Position numbers and translations under genes: made by a program. The notes beneath the pieces were generated by a model that saw only the letters and a list, made by a program, of their open reading frames with translations, had not been told where the DNA came from and ran no database searches. DNA of 64,000 nt, from positions 381,995 to 445,994 of the forward strand of contig MNCI01002560.1 in NCBI GenBank assembly GCA_015680685.1. The letters are read 5' to 3'. Source of the stretch: Gnetum montanum. Taxonomy: Eukaryota > Plantae > Gnetophyta. Each line of letters begins with the position of its first letter. Positions within the stretch are counted from its first letter, which is position 1. Below, piece after piece: positions 1-14,600 of the stretch.

Positions 1-73
1 ACTTGTGGAAATGTTTGCCTCATTTCCAAGACCCTAGTGAATCAAGAGTGCCTTGAAATTTTATGGTGTTTCA
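1..73 (-). mobile_element. 5' terminus of a Tat-family LTR (runs off the window start)
   Basis: 1-73 aligns with 18100-18163 (..tgccttgaaa.ttt.a.ggtgtttca); on the minus strand it begins TGAAACACC like the other Tat-type LTRs here. Confidence 0.65.
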
Positions 74-74
74 A

Positions 75-881
75 TGATGAACCACAACATCGCATACACG
101 ATATCACATCCACCACACAATATTGCATATGTGATATCCATCTTGCCTCATCTTCTATAAATAAGAGGTGGTGCCCTTGGTTTCTCATAGTTAGATTTGG
201 ATCCTTAGCCAAGCTCTTGCAGTTTTGTCATTCCAGAGTTAGAATTATTTCTGTGTGCCCATAGTAGGAGTCATAGAGTGAACAGATATTTATTCAAGAA
301 ATTTTTACTTGAGCATAATTTTGTGTATAGAAATAAAGATGAACTTTATGATAAACCTTGTAGCATACAAATTAAGCTAATTAGTAATTAATGATTGTTT
401 AATGCTTTCCTAGTTAATTAATATCTCTCTCAACTTTCAACCTCCTTAGTTAAATACACTCAGTATGACCACTTTGAGCATGTGTGTAGAGCTTGGTAAC
501 CTAGTAACGATTAGCATTTGGTAATACCAACAACGTTGCATTGGTTTAGGATGTGTATGGAAAGTGGGAATGGATACTAGTCTTAGGAACATTTAGAAAC
601 TAGTTAATGAATAGTTAATGTAAGTTAGCCACTTAGTTGTCTTTCCCTCTCCTTTATTAGTAGAAGACATAAAAAAATATAAAGGCTATAAAAATCATGT
701 ACCTCAAGCTTAATTAACCATACAACCATGACAATACAAGTAAGTTTGGGAAGACAACGATTGATTAACCCTGAGTGTTCCATTAAGGCATATAGGCACT
801 TAGTCCTTGGAGTTCGATCGGATCGTGCGTGAAACGCTTGTATTCGTATGGTTGAGTGTAGGGGTACCTCACCACTGATCA
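75..881 (+). mobile_element. Athila-type solo LTR
   Basis: Starts TGATGA and ends ..ccactGATCA; TATA-like ctataaataagagg near 155; 3' end nearly identical to 62520-62603; not followed by a PBS. Confidence 0.8.
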
Positions 882-949
882 ATCATCCTAATAATAATTC
901 CATTTTCCTCCTATTTAGGCAGAAATGATTTTTTTTGTGATGTTGGTAT

Positions 950-2550
950 AATTGAACTTATCAAATAAGTGCTCCAACATCTCACCCTCCTTGAAACATA
1001 GGATAGATCTTGAGACTATAAAGAGGCATCAACATTAAAGGGTTTTGTAGGTCAAGATAGCTTCCTAAGTAATGAGTCACACAAAGAAAACCTAAGAAGC
1101 CTTAACATTAAAATGACTTGAGAAAACAAAAGAAAGTGAAGAAAGTTATTAGAAGATAAATTGCTATCATTCTTTGGTTTGCCTTGAATAAGTCAATTTT
1201 TTAAAAGGATGTTGCAATGGGGCCAAAAGAGGTAATTGTTTAAATTGAATCTCTTATAACTAATTACATAAATATCAACTAGATTTATATGCATCTTAGA
1301 AGCATACATAACATCCAATTACCAAATTCGTAACTAATCCAAGATTACATTATATAATTATTTTTTCTAACATTAGGTAGCATGGTCAAAGCTCTAAAAT
1401 ATATCAAATATAAATACATTTTTCTTGTATTCTTAAATAATGCTCCACCATCTTCCTCACCCATCCACTCATGCATGGACCTATAGGATCTACATGAGAT
1501 CACATGCAGGAAGGGTTAGTACACTTGCAAGTAGAGGAAAGATTCTTAATGCTATCTAAAGTAACTGCTAGACAAGATGGATACCACAGGTGCTAAAAAC
1601 ATATTAGGATTAGTAAAGTAATAAACTAAAGGGATTCATTATGAATACTAAATCAATGTGATATTATTAATAATTTAGAATGATATCTCTTCAAAAGGAA
1701 CTAATATTATGAGCTATCACATCAAGCTCAACTTATAAGAAAAAAATTAATAGAATAGTTATTAATAAAACATTAATTTAATACCTTAGAATACCAAAAA
1801 ATTCAAATAAATTATAATTTTGTGATCATCCAGATAGTATTCAAACAACTAAAAGATAACCAAATTTAAATAACATTCATCAACTTTGTGTTACAAATGA
1901 CAACCCATGAATACTAATGATCATGGTTAGATTTGATGTATCACAATATCATCATCATGTAATTGCACAAATAATAGAAAAACATGCTATCGATGAAAAA
2001 TATATGGAAATAATTTCAAAATGGTGATGTAGAAATACCTAAAATATCATTGCAAGCATGCTGAAATAACCAATGTGATCAATGATGCATCTTACATTCT
2101 ATATTATAGAATACCTCTAAAAAAATCAAAGGATGGATGTGATATTAACCAAATGTATTCCATCCTCTATAATTGATAATCAAAACATCAATGATAGATG
2201 AAAGTTATAAATTCATAATAATGCATAAATCTTAGAACATTTAAATTTAACAATTTGATATAAACACATCCTATAATATGCCTATGATGATTAGATAACA
2301 ATGGGAATAACTCTAGAATGTGTCATGATTGTAGTTGAAGAATCCAAAATAAAGTATTTCAAAAATATAAATCTAAACTAAATCTCACCATGCCTTGAAA
2401 TTATTAATCATCAAATTGGCTAGATACATTGAATATTCTAGAAACATCCATTTGATAAATGTGAAGCAATTATCATGAATGCATAAAATGGACTAGACAT
2501 AATGTATCATTAAGAAACATATTATATATATCAATTAACTAAATCACATA
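950..2550 (+). pseudogene. Ancient, extremely decayed retroelement pol-like remnant
   Basis: Only scattered motifs (e.g. HRIDL at ~997); 1755-2115 is clearly homologous to 18205-18572, so it is a dispersed repeat. Confidence 0.35.
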
Positions 2551-2557
2551 TCATAAG

Positions 2558-3320
2558 TGATGGGCGACGAGGTACCCCTATGCTCAACCATACAAATATG
2601 AGCGTTTCATGCAAGATCTGGTCGAAATCCAAGGACTAAGTACCTATGCGCCGTTGTGGAACAATAACTAGTTGGTTAATTGTTGTCTTTCCAAACTTAC
2701 TTGTATGTCACGATTATATGGTTAAGTAAGCTTGAGGCATATGATTTTTATAGCTTTTATGTGTTTTATATCCTACGCTAGTAAGGAGGGGAAGAGAGAT
2801 AACTAAGTAACTAATCTAATTTAACTACTCATTAACTAAGTTCTAATTACTCCTATCTAATGTATCTGTTCCCACTTACTATACACATCCTAAACTAGTG
2901 CAACGCTGCTGGGATTAGCAAACTCTAATTGTCACTAGGTTACCAAGCACTATACACATGCTCAAAGAGGTCGTACTAAGTGTATTTAACTAAGAGACTT
3001 GTAGGGTGAGAGAAATCATTAATTAACTAGGAAAGCATTAAATAATAATTAACACTAATTAATCTATTCTGAATGCTACAAGGTTTATCATAAAGTTCGT
3101 CTTTATTGCCATACACAAAGTGTGCTTACGTACACAATGCTCGAATAAAGATCTGTTCACTCTATGACTCCTACTACAAGCATGTAGAAATAATTCTAAC
3201 TCTAGAGGGAAAAAATGGCAAGAGCTTGGTTAAGGGACTAACTATCTAATGTGAAAACCAAGGGTGCCACCTCTTATTTATAGGTGAGGAGATGGCTCTG
3301 TGATATCGAATCCAACCATG
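2558..3320 (-). mobile_element. Athila-type LTR in inverted orientation, 5'-truncated
   Basis: Reverse complement of 75-881 and 62321-62603 (tgatgggcgacgaggtacccctatgctcaacc.. to ..ccacctcttatttatagg). Confidence 0.85.
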
Positions 3321-3339
3321 CATAAAAGCACTTCACCGC

Positions 3340-6300
3340 TTAGGACTAACACAAGAAGCAATCGGTGGCAAGATACACATGACATTGATTCACAAATCCC
3401 TAAATAGTTTCATGTGGTATATATTCATCCTAAGGAATATGTACCTGACTTCACCTTTATTCTCCATCAAGATGAACAACTACATTGGTGTGACTTGGAA
3501 GGTAACATAGTGTTACCTCCTGATCGTTCAGTCCCAAGCATGCTTCTTCATGCTCTTACACAAATAGGCATGCAACACTTACATGTAGAATACATTGCAC
3601 AAGACTATGATTTGAGAGAATATCATCCCATAGAGGTGCAATGTCAAAGGTATTTGCAACAGGAGAGACACCATAATTCTTTGAAGGGAAAATGGTCTAA
3701 GGATGCCCCCCATGTTTTAAGGAAAATTGAGGGTGATGAACCTGTCTCAGGTAGTTTCCCACCAACGATGTTCCTCCCCTTGACTTTGGCCAAAGAGTTG
3801 TGTATCAGAACCTTCATTCTACTATTCATAACTTAGGTGCTGATACCAATGGACACAAAGTATCCAAAAAAGGAACAAGGACACATGACAAAGGTGGGCA
3901 TTCTGATTGCAATCACGATTGAGGTAGAGACCACCGAAGAGAAGGTAGTAGACACTGTCATGGTGGTAGTTCTCCTTCTTCTTCACCTTCATCATCTCCT
4001 TCACCATCTCCTTCAGTTTTTGGATATAGCCATAGAGAAAAAGATTGTGAGGATAAGGGCAAGCAAAGTGGAAGTCACAGATGAAACAACCAAGATAGAG
4101 GATGAGGGCACTCTAGGGAATCATGATATAGAAGAAGGAATAGTAGGGAATAGTGTAGGCACCATAGATGTCACAAATGAGATAATCATGATGAACCCCT
4201 GCTCTCTACTTGAAGCATGCTAGACATAACTAAGGCTGTGATAGTTCCAACAAGGCACCAAAAAGATAGTAGGATCAAGAGGTTAGATATGAATAACATC
4301 CCACGATTTGAAGGGGGATATAACGTTGATCTTCAAAATCACATACAAGCATTTCATGATACATGTGCCTTGCAAAACATAGAGAACAAGTGGAAAAAAC
4401 TTAAGTTGTTCCCAAAGACATTAATAAAAGATGTTGAAAGATGGTATTGGTCCTTAGAACAGGAATCCATTCATAGGTGGAGTACTATGTTAGAATTTTT
4501 CAAAAATAAGTACCAAACGTACTCCTAGGTGTCTAACTTGTGAAAGCAAATCCAAGGATGGAAAAAAGGAAGTCATGAACCCTTGGATGCTACCATGAGC
4601 CACTATTATGCACTATTACATCATTTTCTTGGCCATGGTTATTTGTAGCAGGATCAGCTACACCATCTCGCAGATGGGCTTAGGCATGAAACGAGAAGAA
4701 CACTTGGGACTTATGCCCAAGGAAGACTATCTGAGCTTAGATCCCATTAAATTCATAGATTACTGGAGTAAGTTGCTAAGGAAGAAGGTGATCTACAAAA
4801 GAGAGAGTGTGTGGAAGAATATAACCTAGATCCTTCCCTCCAAAAGAAGGGAGTAAGGTTTTTTGAGGATGAGGAAGACTCACCACTTGAAGAGATGGTG
4901 AATAGGAAAACCTTGCCTATCCAAAAGTTATCATCAAAAGTATTGGCAAAGGTAGACCAAATGTGGGACTCCCTAGATGGTAGGTTTGAAACTATTCTCA
5001 AAGTAGTAGAGGACTCTAGAGAGAAAGGTAGTGATCGTGACAAAAGAAAAAATAGAGAAGCAAAAAATGCATGTAATAAGGGTAAGGGTAAACTTGCTAT
5101 TATTGAATAGGTTGTGGACTTAGATACAGATGATGATAGGGGATGCAAGATATGTTAATACAACCATCCTAAGGGATGTTACCTTGTGATCTCACATTTG
5201 CAAGAGTCTAGGGTGTATGCACTTAATCCATGATTAAACAAACGACAAATATCCCAATAGTTACCTCATCCCTAAGGTAACCCAAGGAAGTTCCACCAAC
5301 CTTTAATGTATTATCCAAGTGAATCTCCACCACAATTGATTGAGCAACATCAATAGTGGTAGCACCCACATTCATGGGAAATTCCACCACCAAGGCAACA
5401 ATATCCTTACCAGTAACTTGACCCATATGGATATTATGTGGAACATCCAATCTCTCCACGTGACTCTATTGGTCACATTACTCCTAAAAATCACTACCAA
5501 GCCTGCAAATACGATAGGACTCCATCTCCTAGGGGTGATATCCCACAAGTGTACCATCCTTCAAATTCAGCTGCATCTCTCCCACTAATAGCTCCATTAC
5601 CACATGCTCTAGCAATGCAAGGTGAACTCCCTACTTATCCACAATAACGTAATGCTGCAAAGGTTGTTAATCCTCAACCTACTATTGGTTCTGATAGCTG
5701 TATGAAGAAAAGACCTTTCTTTAAAACTAACAGTCCAACCAAGCCTTTGCAACCATAAGCGGCTGAGTCTTTGGACATCTTCATATTAAATAAAGCTTTA
5801 GATCCCCCTTCAAGCCTAACATCACATTCAATGCATACGGTCATGTTAACACATGTCGTTACTAATTGGATCAAAGCTAGCCACCTTCCCAAGAAATTCT
5901 CTGATCGTGGGAGTCCCCTGATATATCTAAAAATTGTTGGGAATGAGCTATGCAAAGCTATTTTGGATTCAGGTTCTGGTGTCNAAATGAGCTATGCAAA
6001 GCTATTTTGGATTCAGGTTCTGGTGTCAACCTAATATCCCAAGAAATGTATAAAGGCTGGAACTTACCACCATTAAAAAAGAGCAACATTTATTTAGAGT
6101 TGGCTAACCAGTCCATCACTGTTCCCTTGGGATTAGTGGAGGACATTATTACCACTATTTGTGGATGGTTGTATCTAGCTGACTTCCTAGTGATTCAAGT
6201 GAACAACAGTAAGGGGGATTTCCTAATCATAATGGGAAGGGCATGGCTGAGCTCTATTGATGTGCACCTAGGAATCCACAATCTTTCCCTAGAAATATCT

Positions 6301-8287
6301 AAGGAAAATACTTTCAGAAAGATCAAGAAGAAAAAATTTTCATGCATCGCATATAGTGACATAGGGTGCAATTACGTGCAGAGATCATGGGTTGTGCAAA
6401 TTTTGACATTTCCTACATGCAATTAGTGTGCACAAGTGATCAATATACAAAGGTGCCTATATGGAACAACCACATGACAAGAAGACACCCAGCTGGCAGC
6501 TAATCAAGAAAGCATCTCACTTATATGCATGGAACTAACTGAGGGTTTGACTTGTGCTTACATAGATAGCATAGATGCATTAGAGCAAGTGCATAGCCAA
6601 CTTCCAAGTCCTAACCTCGAAAACATCAATTGGGGGAAGTTGAAAATTTCTAAGAAATTTAAACAAGAGGCCCTAGAGATAAAACCATTTCCCACCAGTA
6701 TGGAGTACGTGTTCCTTAAGAATGAAAAACCAGTAATCATTAATGCAAAACTTGCTCTGTAACAAAAAGAGAGTCTACCATAGGTAATAAACAAGTGGTC
6801 AAAAGCCTTCACTTAGTCATATCTGGAATTAACTGGAATAGATCCTAGGATATGCTAGCATAGGATTTACACTGACCCCTCCATGAAGCCTTGAAAACAA
6901 CCACATAGGTGATTGAACCCAAATTTGAAGCAAGTAGTAAAAGAAGAAATCAAATTCCTTCTAAAGGCTAGGTTCATATACCCCATTGCTAATAGCGAAT
7001 GGGTTAGCCCCTTAGTAATTGTGCCTAAAAAGGGAGGCAAATGAAGGATGTGCATAGATTTTAGGCTACTAAACATGGAAACATTGAAGGATCACTTATT
7101 GTTGTCATTTGTTGACCAAGTCTTAGGCATAATCATAGGGCATCACTATTATAGTTTTTTGGATGGATATAGTGGATAAAACCAAACACAAATAGCCCTA
7201 GAATATGAAGCCAAAACTATGTTCACTAGTCCTTAGGGAACATTTACATACAACAAAATGTCATTTGGCTTGTGTAATGCCCCTGCAACGTTTCAAAACT
7301 TAGTTCTAAGTATATTCCAACATCGAATAGGAAATGGTGTGGAAGTCTTTATGGATGAATTCTCTACTTATGGAGCAAACTTTGATCAAGCCTTGGAAAG
7401 GTTAGAGCAAGTGCTGAAAATATGTGTAGAAACTAATCTAAGGCTCAACTGGCAAAAGAGCCATTTGATGGTCCAAGAAGGAGTAATACTTGGGCATAAA
7501 ATATCACATGCAGGAATAGAGGTAGACCTAGGTTCCATGTCATGACTGATGGGTCCAGCTATGCCTTAGGATCCATGCTTACATAGCTAGATGACTAGAA
7601 AATTCCTCATTACATCCACTATGCAAGTAAAAGTATTGATGGTACACAACTTAACTACACTACTACAGAAAAGGAATTAATGGCTGTAGTGTTTGCACTA
7701 GAAAGGTTTAGACACTATGTATTAGGATACAAAGTATTCATACATATAGATCATAGTGTAATCCAACTCCTCATGAATAAGCCAATGGTAAGCCCTCGTA
7801 TTATACAATGGATTGTAATCCTAGAAGAGTTTGATTTAACAATGATTGATCGCAAAGGCATTGAGAATGTAGTTGTTGATCATTTATCTCAATTGCACTG
7901 GGATAGCAAAGAGGATGAGTATCCAATTTTTGATCATTTCCCTAATGAATTCCTCTTTGCTGGTGTAGTGAATAACCAATCACCCATGAAGACAAATTGG
8001 TATAGTAGCATTCTTACCTATCTCCTTACCCAAAAAACACCACAAGAACTAGAGCTAAAGAAGAAATAATAGTTTCTTCATAGAGCCAAGTACTTTATGG
8101 AGATCAATGGATAACTTTACAAAGTATGTTCTGATGGCTTGGTTTGATGGTGTGTTCCTGATAGAGATCAACTAAAAGTTCTCCAAGATGCTCATGAGGG
8201 CCCTTGTGGGGGTGATTATGCTGGGAGATGAACGACCATCAAGATCTTACTTGCAGGATATTATTGGCCTACCTTGTTCCAAGATAC
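3340..8287 (+). pseudogene. Degenerate Athila-like Ty3/Gypsy gag-pol (gag, protease, RT, RNase H, start of integrase)
   Basis: Gag helix region (IPRFEGG..HIQAF..KLFPKTL..AERWY-like, 4217-4760); protease AILDSGSGVNL (~6000); RT WVSPLVIVPKKGG, SFLDGYSG, MSFGLCNAPATFQ, VFMDEF (6990-7520); RH NYTTTEKELMAVVFALERFRHY (7650-7890); INT H.GPCGG..GYYWPTLFQD cut at 8287; many stops; no aRH. Confidence 0.9.
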
Positions 8288-10968
8288 TGTTGGCACATTT
8301 TGACCATTTCATGGAACAGAGATATGAGATGATTGAAACCTTCAAAATATTTCAATAGAACTATTGAAATGGCAAGATAAAGGTTATCTAAAAAAAGATT
8401 GGATGAGATGGGCTGCATTTATTCTCCCTAATTTTAATTCTTCAGATTATCAATCAGAATGATACTTAGCATGGGAAACAAGAATATGATTTTGCTTCTC
8501 AAAATTCACTAGGTTGGAACTTTTACATGGCTCAAGTCGGTAGAATTCTTTGATCATTACTTATCCCTACTGAAGATGTTCACCTTCTTCCAGCCCATCT
8601 CTTTTGTGGATATTCAAGAGGTCTATCTAACTCTTATTTGGAACATGCTGTGAGGTGGATTAGGTATACTAGAGTATTATCCTCAAAGAAACATCATTGG
8701 TTATCTACATCATCAACTAAAGCATTCCTTGCATGGAGCCCTTAAAGAGGAAAGGCATGCATATCAAGGAGACCATAATATTATTGGTGGAAATAATGGA
8801 CAGTGAATAGAAGGTTACAAGAAATAATGTGCCAATGGGGATTGAATTAACAAGCAAGGAATCTTTATTGTTAGAAATACTTTTAGGAATTGATCATTTG
8901 GATATTTTCGTTGCCTTCAAAAAATTTCTTAAAGAATAATAAAAGAAAAATATCCTTATCGTTGATTCATTGCAAGGAATATGAAACTTGAAAATCATTT
9001 GGGGATGATTTTGAAATAGTATGTCAAAAAGAGGGCACCGAGAAGTGGGATGCTACATATAGCATGTTCCTTTGTGGTAGAAAATATTTTGAGGAGTTTG
9101 CAGATAAAGTACAAAAATACTTTCCATATTACTAATAATGGCAAGGACTGCAATAATAGTTCAGAGATTGTCATGAACAAATGTTTGTATGAACTATCCC
9201 ATCAGAATATTGGTGAAAGTTTTCAATATCTGTGTGTCTTCATTTACATCTGCACAAAACATCTTGCCTACTAAGGTCACTGAAGAGATAAAAGTTAAGA
9301 CAATGAAAAACTAAATGTTTCAAGGATAGAGTTATCTAGGAGAAGAGTTGAAGTTGGATATTTTGAAAGACACTTAGTAAAAAATAAAAAAAAAATGCTG
9401 TAGAGCAGGAATCAGAGTGTTCAAGCTTATTTGGAGGCACCAGTATCAATTCTTATAGATTAGATTCTAAAATTGAGGATGCCTTTAAAGTAGAATCACA
9501 GTTTTAGAAAACTGATAAGTTGCTGTGGATGAATTTCACGGTGGCCAAGGGTTTTGTTGAGCTACTACCGGCAATCTGCTGGAGGTGAATAAGCCAGAAG
9601 AATGCTGCCCTATCGGGAGGTCTTGCAATACTAATTTTTGGCATTACCATCTCAGTTGTGGCTCATTCTTCACTTCTTTTGAAGACGAGATCTACACCGC
9701 AGCTAAGAGTGAAGACGAGGAGATAATCTTGTCCACGTTTTCACTGAGAAACGATGACCTTTGCAGGCCATGAGGTCCTTTGTCGTTGCTGTAGTGCTCA
9801 CCAGAATCATCATCCTGGGCTGTCGTTGGTACTTTCTCTGCTTGTAGCGAAACAAAAAGAAGAAGCAGTTACAGAAGGAGGAGGCGCCATACATGGAGCA
9901 ACAAATAAAGACGATCTTTAGGGTTTTCAATCTAGTGATCGGTATAGTGATGTGCCACGTGGTAGCTACCAAAGGGTCATGCACAGAACTAGTTTTAGCT
10001 ATTACGAGTGATGCATGGGTGACATTAGATAATAATGGTGGCAATGCAGTAGGAGGAGGAGGAGGAGGTTGAAAGAACGCAAAACTTTGTTTGAAGAAAA
10101 TGCTTTCGAATCAAGCCTAAAGATAGAAGCAAAGGAAGAATAATTGCTAGTGTTGAAGAAGTTGGAAAATCAGAATCCTCACCATCTACAATTGCTAGGG
10201 CTTACATGCATAGCAGATCATTAGTAGCACTGAAAATTCCCATTGGAAACAGTCATCAGTAGAGGTTCTCTTTGAACTGGAGGCATAGCAAATTTGCTAA
10301 ATCAACTGGTCTGAAACAGGGAAAGGTGTTTGGTAGAAAAAATAAATCAATTCAAGCATCAATTGTGGCTACCTCTACATAATCAGTTGCCAAAGAGGAT
10401 GAGTAGTTTCATGGAAGAAAAGCCTTTGTTATCCAAAAACGGTGCCCTTGCAGAACTTCATGATAGAGTGAGTTGGGTTTTAACCCACAACTCTGTTTAG
10501 GAAATAACATTGAATGTTGCTCTAGCGCCACTACAATCTTTCGCACCATTTGAAGCATCAGATTCATGTGGCCCTGCAATGAAAATGCAAACGCTACCAT
10601 AAGCAGTCCTGTTTGTGGATACATTGCGTTTCTGCGTTTTAATTGGCGAACCTACGATTTTGGCCTTTCTCTAGAAGAATCTTTGATTGCAAAGGCACTG
10701 AAAGGGAATTTCTTAGTTTTACAAAAACATGTCTCTTTTACACTAGACACGATGAAAATATTAACCAAGTGCCAAAGACTCTAGTCAAGATCAAGCCTTG
10801 CATAGGATGACAAAGCCAGAGCATCTATCGTCTCAAATTCAGCCAAAATTTGAACTTGTTATTACAAGTAGATCTCTTTGTTTTTTATGCATTTTTGGAA
10901 GCCTATGGAATTCTTGTTTACTACTTTGTCAAATATATATATATTATTACTATATAAAAAGGGGAATT
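8288..10968. other. Unassigned ~2.7 kb block interrupting the Athila integrase, ending in a polypurine tract
   Basis: Abrupt junction after GYYWPTLFQD, beginning TGTTGG; coding-like stretches with no recognisable domain; AAAAAGGGGAA at 10956-10966. Confidence 0.4.
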
Positions 10969-11653
10969 TGTGCAACAATTGTTCAAAGTCCCATATGAAT
11001 TGAACACTTGTCAATTGAAATGGTGGTTATAACCACCACCAAGGCCACTTGTCAACTACAACTTGTTTCTCTCCATGGTGAACACTTGGCAACTAAATGA
11101 AGACACTTGGCAACTAAATGAAGATACTTGGCAACTACATAGGACACTTGTCCATCATAGATTTTTTATCTCTATGGTGGTTAAACCACCCAAGATATTT
11201 TGTAACTTCCCTACCTACCTTTGAACCCTATAAAAAGACTTCAGGGGTTAAGGAGGAAGGAGGATATGGGGGTCTCATATCATCATCACTTGAGGTCTCA
11301 TAGATCACACTTGGGATATTGGAAGATTTGTAAAGAAGATTGCTTGTAAGATGGATTATTAAAGAAAAGATTTTAGCCTCTTTGTCATGGTCCTGTGAGT
11401 TATGTATTTTATTTTTTATTTTGTTTAAATTGTTTAGCTAGTGGTTTAGATAGTATCATCCTTGGCAAGTAATTTTGAGATTTTTAGATTGCTCTTATTG
11501 TTCTTGTTGCCCGATAGAAAATTTCTGTTAAAATTTTGCCATAGAAGCACTTGTGTTTAAAAGCCTTAAGAGCATTTTAGTAGTAAATTTTATTATTATG
11601 CAATGTATAAGAACCGCTAGTGGGATCGTTGTAAGAGAGCCTTTGCTTGTAGT
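10969..11653 (+). mobile_element. Probable 3' LTR (partial) of an unclassified LTR element
   Basis: TG directly after the PPT AAAAAGGGGAATT; ~21-bp repeats acacttggcaactaaatgaag at 11080-11150; TATA-like cctataaaaag at ~11227; cut by N at 11654. Confidence 0.5.
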
Positions 11654-14600
11654 NAAGTAGATTCACAGAGTTGTGCTCAAATTTTTTTGCAAAATTTTAT
11701 TTGTTACAAGTAGGTATTATAAGGACCACGTAGACTAGGCAATTGAACAAAATAGGAACTCTCAACAACTCACATTACTTGGCAAAGTTGGCTGAATCTC
11801 TTTAAGACAAGTCATCTATAGTTTACACATAACGCAATTGTTTCATTTTTCACAACCGCACGCTACAACAGCATACACACATACTCACATTAACTAAAAC
11901 TAGGCAAGAAATAGTGGGGTTGCTATGCTAGGAATAACTACTTCTTGATCCATCATGGATTGGGTGAAGCGTATGGTCGAGACACTTTGCTTTGCCCTTC
12001 ACCTACGTCGTTGTCCTTCGCTTGGAAGGGCAACTTAGTCCATGCATCTTCATTTTCTAAACCAGCATGCTGAGCTATTTCTCTCGAAAAATGGTTAGTG
12101 TTTATAGAAGTAGGAACTTCACTTTCAGAGTTTACGACCTCTGAGCCCCATTCCATATGCACGTTGTTGATAGCTTGTGTTGCTACCTCATCATCATGGA
12201 TTACCACCTCCCTGCTTGCATAGGGTAGATGGATCTCCTGATGGATGGGTGAAGAGACAACCCTAAGTTGTACTAACCATGACCTCCCCAAGATCAGGTT
12301 AAACCCAGGCATTTCTTCAACCATGATAAACATTGCATTTGTGGGGAACTAGTCCCCTACCACGAAGTCTATATGGACCGTGCCCTTTACCACAACGTGT
12401 GTTCCATTGAACGAATTTAGGCATGACATTGTTGTAGGTTTGATCTGGTTGACCAAACCCAGCTTGTCCATAATAGGAAAATGGATGATATTTGTAGCAG
12501 CCCCATCATCGATGTGTACCCTTCGGATCTTATGTTAACCAACCTAAATTGTGATGAAGAGAGGTGCTGTAGTCACCTAACCCTATTCAGGGTCTTTCCT
12601 AATGGAGTCATTGCAAAAAGTCAGTTGGGATGTCTTTAGATCTGTAGGCCCAAAAGGAAATATGACCAAATGGATCACCTTCTCTTCCGCTGGCATGTTT
12701 TTGTCAACAGGGATTTCCGTTAACATGCAGACCAAAGCCTCACAGTGTGCAGTAGATGTCATGATTAGGTCATACAAGCTCAACATAGTATTTTTCTATT
12801 TTAGAGCTTTCTTGACTTGGGTAAGAGCACTCAAGAGGTCTTGGACACTTTCCAATTTACCACCTTTCTCCTCTTCTATTCATCCTAGAAGATGAATTTC
12901 TTGAGGAGCGATAATTTTAGGCATGGTTTCAGGCTCTCTTGGATGAGGTGGTAAAGACTGTGTGGGCATAGCAACGTTATGTCTCGATGATGGGGGCGTA
13001 GATGTAGGGGGTGAGGATGTAGGCTTGGAAGTACCTGGGGTGGTACTTTCCTTTGATGTCTCACCTATGAAATGTACTTCTCATTTCTTAGGACAAGAGG
13101 GCTACGAAGTTGCCTTATGTGGGATGGGGGTTGTTGCACGGGTTGGCCCCCTGATGACAAATGGAGTTAATGACATTAGGGTGCAAGGCGGTGGTGTGTT
13201 TCTGCTAATAGGTGATGTAGGGGTAGATAACCTGGGAATAGGTAGTATGAGAGGATATTTCTAGGGAGGGACTCTAAATACAAAAGGTTTCTATAGTATT
13301 TGATTAGCTGCTGGTGGTGCTAGTGCGCTACGCTGAGGCAGACAGACCACAAACGGTTGCTGGGGAGGTCTAAGATTATTGTCAATGCTGATGGTGTTGA
13401 TGATTTAACTGACATTGTTGGCGTTAAGGGGGTTAGTGTAGATGTGCAAGGATTGATTCTCAGGATGCATTGGATTTCTTTTGTCTTGCACCAGTTTCCC
13501 TTGATTGATCATCCTTTGGATGTCATCCTTCAGCACCATGTAGTAATTTGTGTCATGACCACACTGTTGATGGTAGGCACAGAACTGCTCTAGCTTGAAA
13601 CCCTTAGGAACTGGAGGCTTATTGGGCAAAGCCAATGAGGGGTTCCTGAGGAGTTCATAGTACTACTAGTGCTTCCTGGCTCCATCCTCTAACATCCACT
13701 TATGTTGGATGTATCCTATCGCTAGTAGTTGCTTCAGAAGATCTAAAGGTTTGACGGGCAGTGGGGTATACTTTGAGCGATCTTTACGCTTAAAGTTTAG
13801 TTTAGGTGGTGCGGATGTCTTAGGTGTGGATGTAGGAGGCTGCAATGCGTTGCCCTGTTTGGGTGTGGGGTTAGGTGCAGGTGTAGCTAGTTTCTTGTTA
13901 TTCTTGTTACTATTGTTGTTAGCTTTGGGTTTGGCCTCATTTGCCATAGCGGCCACTGTGGCTGTTGCAGCCTTACACTTGTCCTTCTTCACAAACGTGT
14001 TCTTGTATGCAATGTAGGTCAGGTCCTTACTTACCTCAACCACATCCTATATGCTCTTAGTCTAGGTGAAGGCCTGAGTGAGAGTGCGTGGAGTGAGATA
14101 ATATAGCTTAGACTTAATAAAGTCATTTACTACACCTTTGAAGAATGCCAGCAAATGGGCCTTTGCGATGGGCTCACGAATTCCATTAAGGGTTGCGCTC
14201 CAGTGTTGGATGAACTTCTAGATTGGTTCTAATAGGTCTTGCTTCACACTCATCAACTGATCCAGTGTCATCTCTGGTCTCAAGTTGTATTTAAAATGCA
14301 TCACAAACTAGGTTAGAAGGTCCTCTAGGGTTGATATGGAGGAGTGTGGGAGGGCGTGGTACCAATCCATAGCTTTTCAAGTCAAAGACATGGTGAAGAC
14401 ATGGATGATTGTGTGCAGCCATTGCTACAGAAGAAGGGACTTAGACCTAAATGTAACAAGGTGCGCATTGGGATCCCCTTCCCCATTGTATTTTATGAAA
14501 TGGGGGAGTGACATCCCTAGGGGTAATGTCAATGTAGGGATTGTTAGGTTGATGGGATCATCCTGGTAGAAGTCCATGACTTGAACCATGTTAGACCCAA

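Noticed and set aside
3837-4223. His/Leu-rich 128-aa ORF
   Set aside because: Alternative frame of the Arg/Ser-rich low-complexity region of Athila gag
5942-6028. Exact ~40-bp duplications flanking a single N (also ~15335-15445, ~37058-37147, ~59583-59690)
   Set aside because: Identical copies either side of one N are the signature of unmerged contig overlaps, not biological repeats
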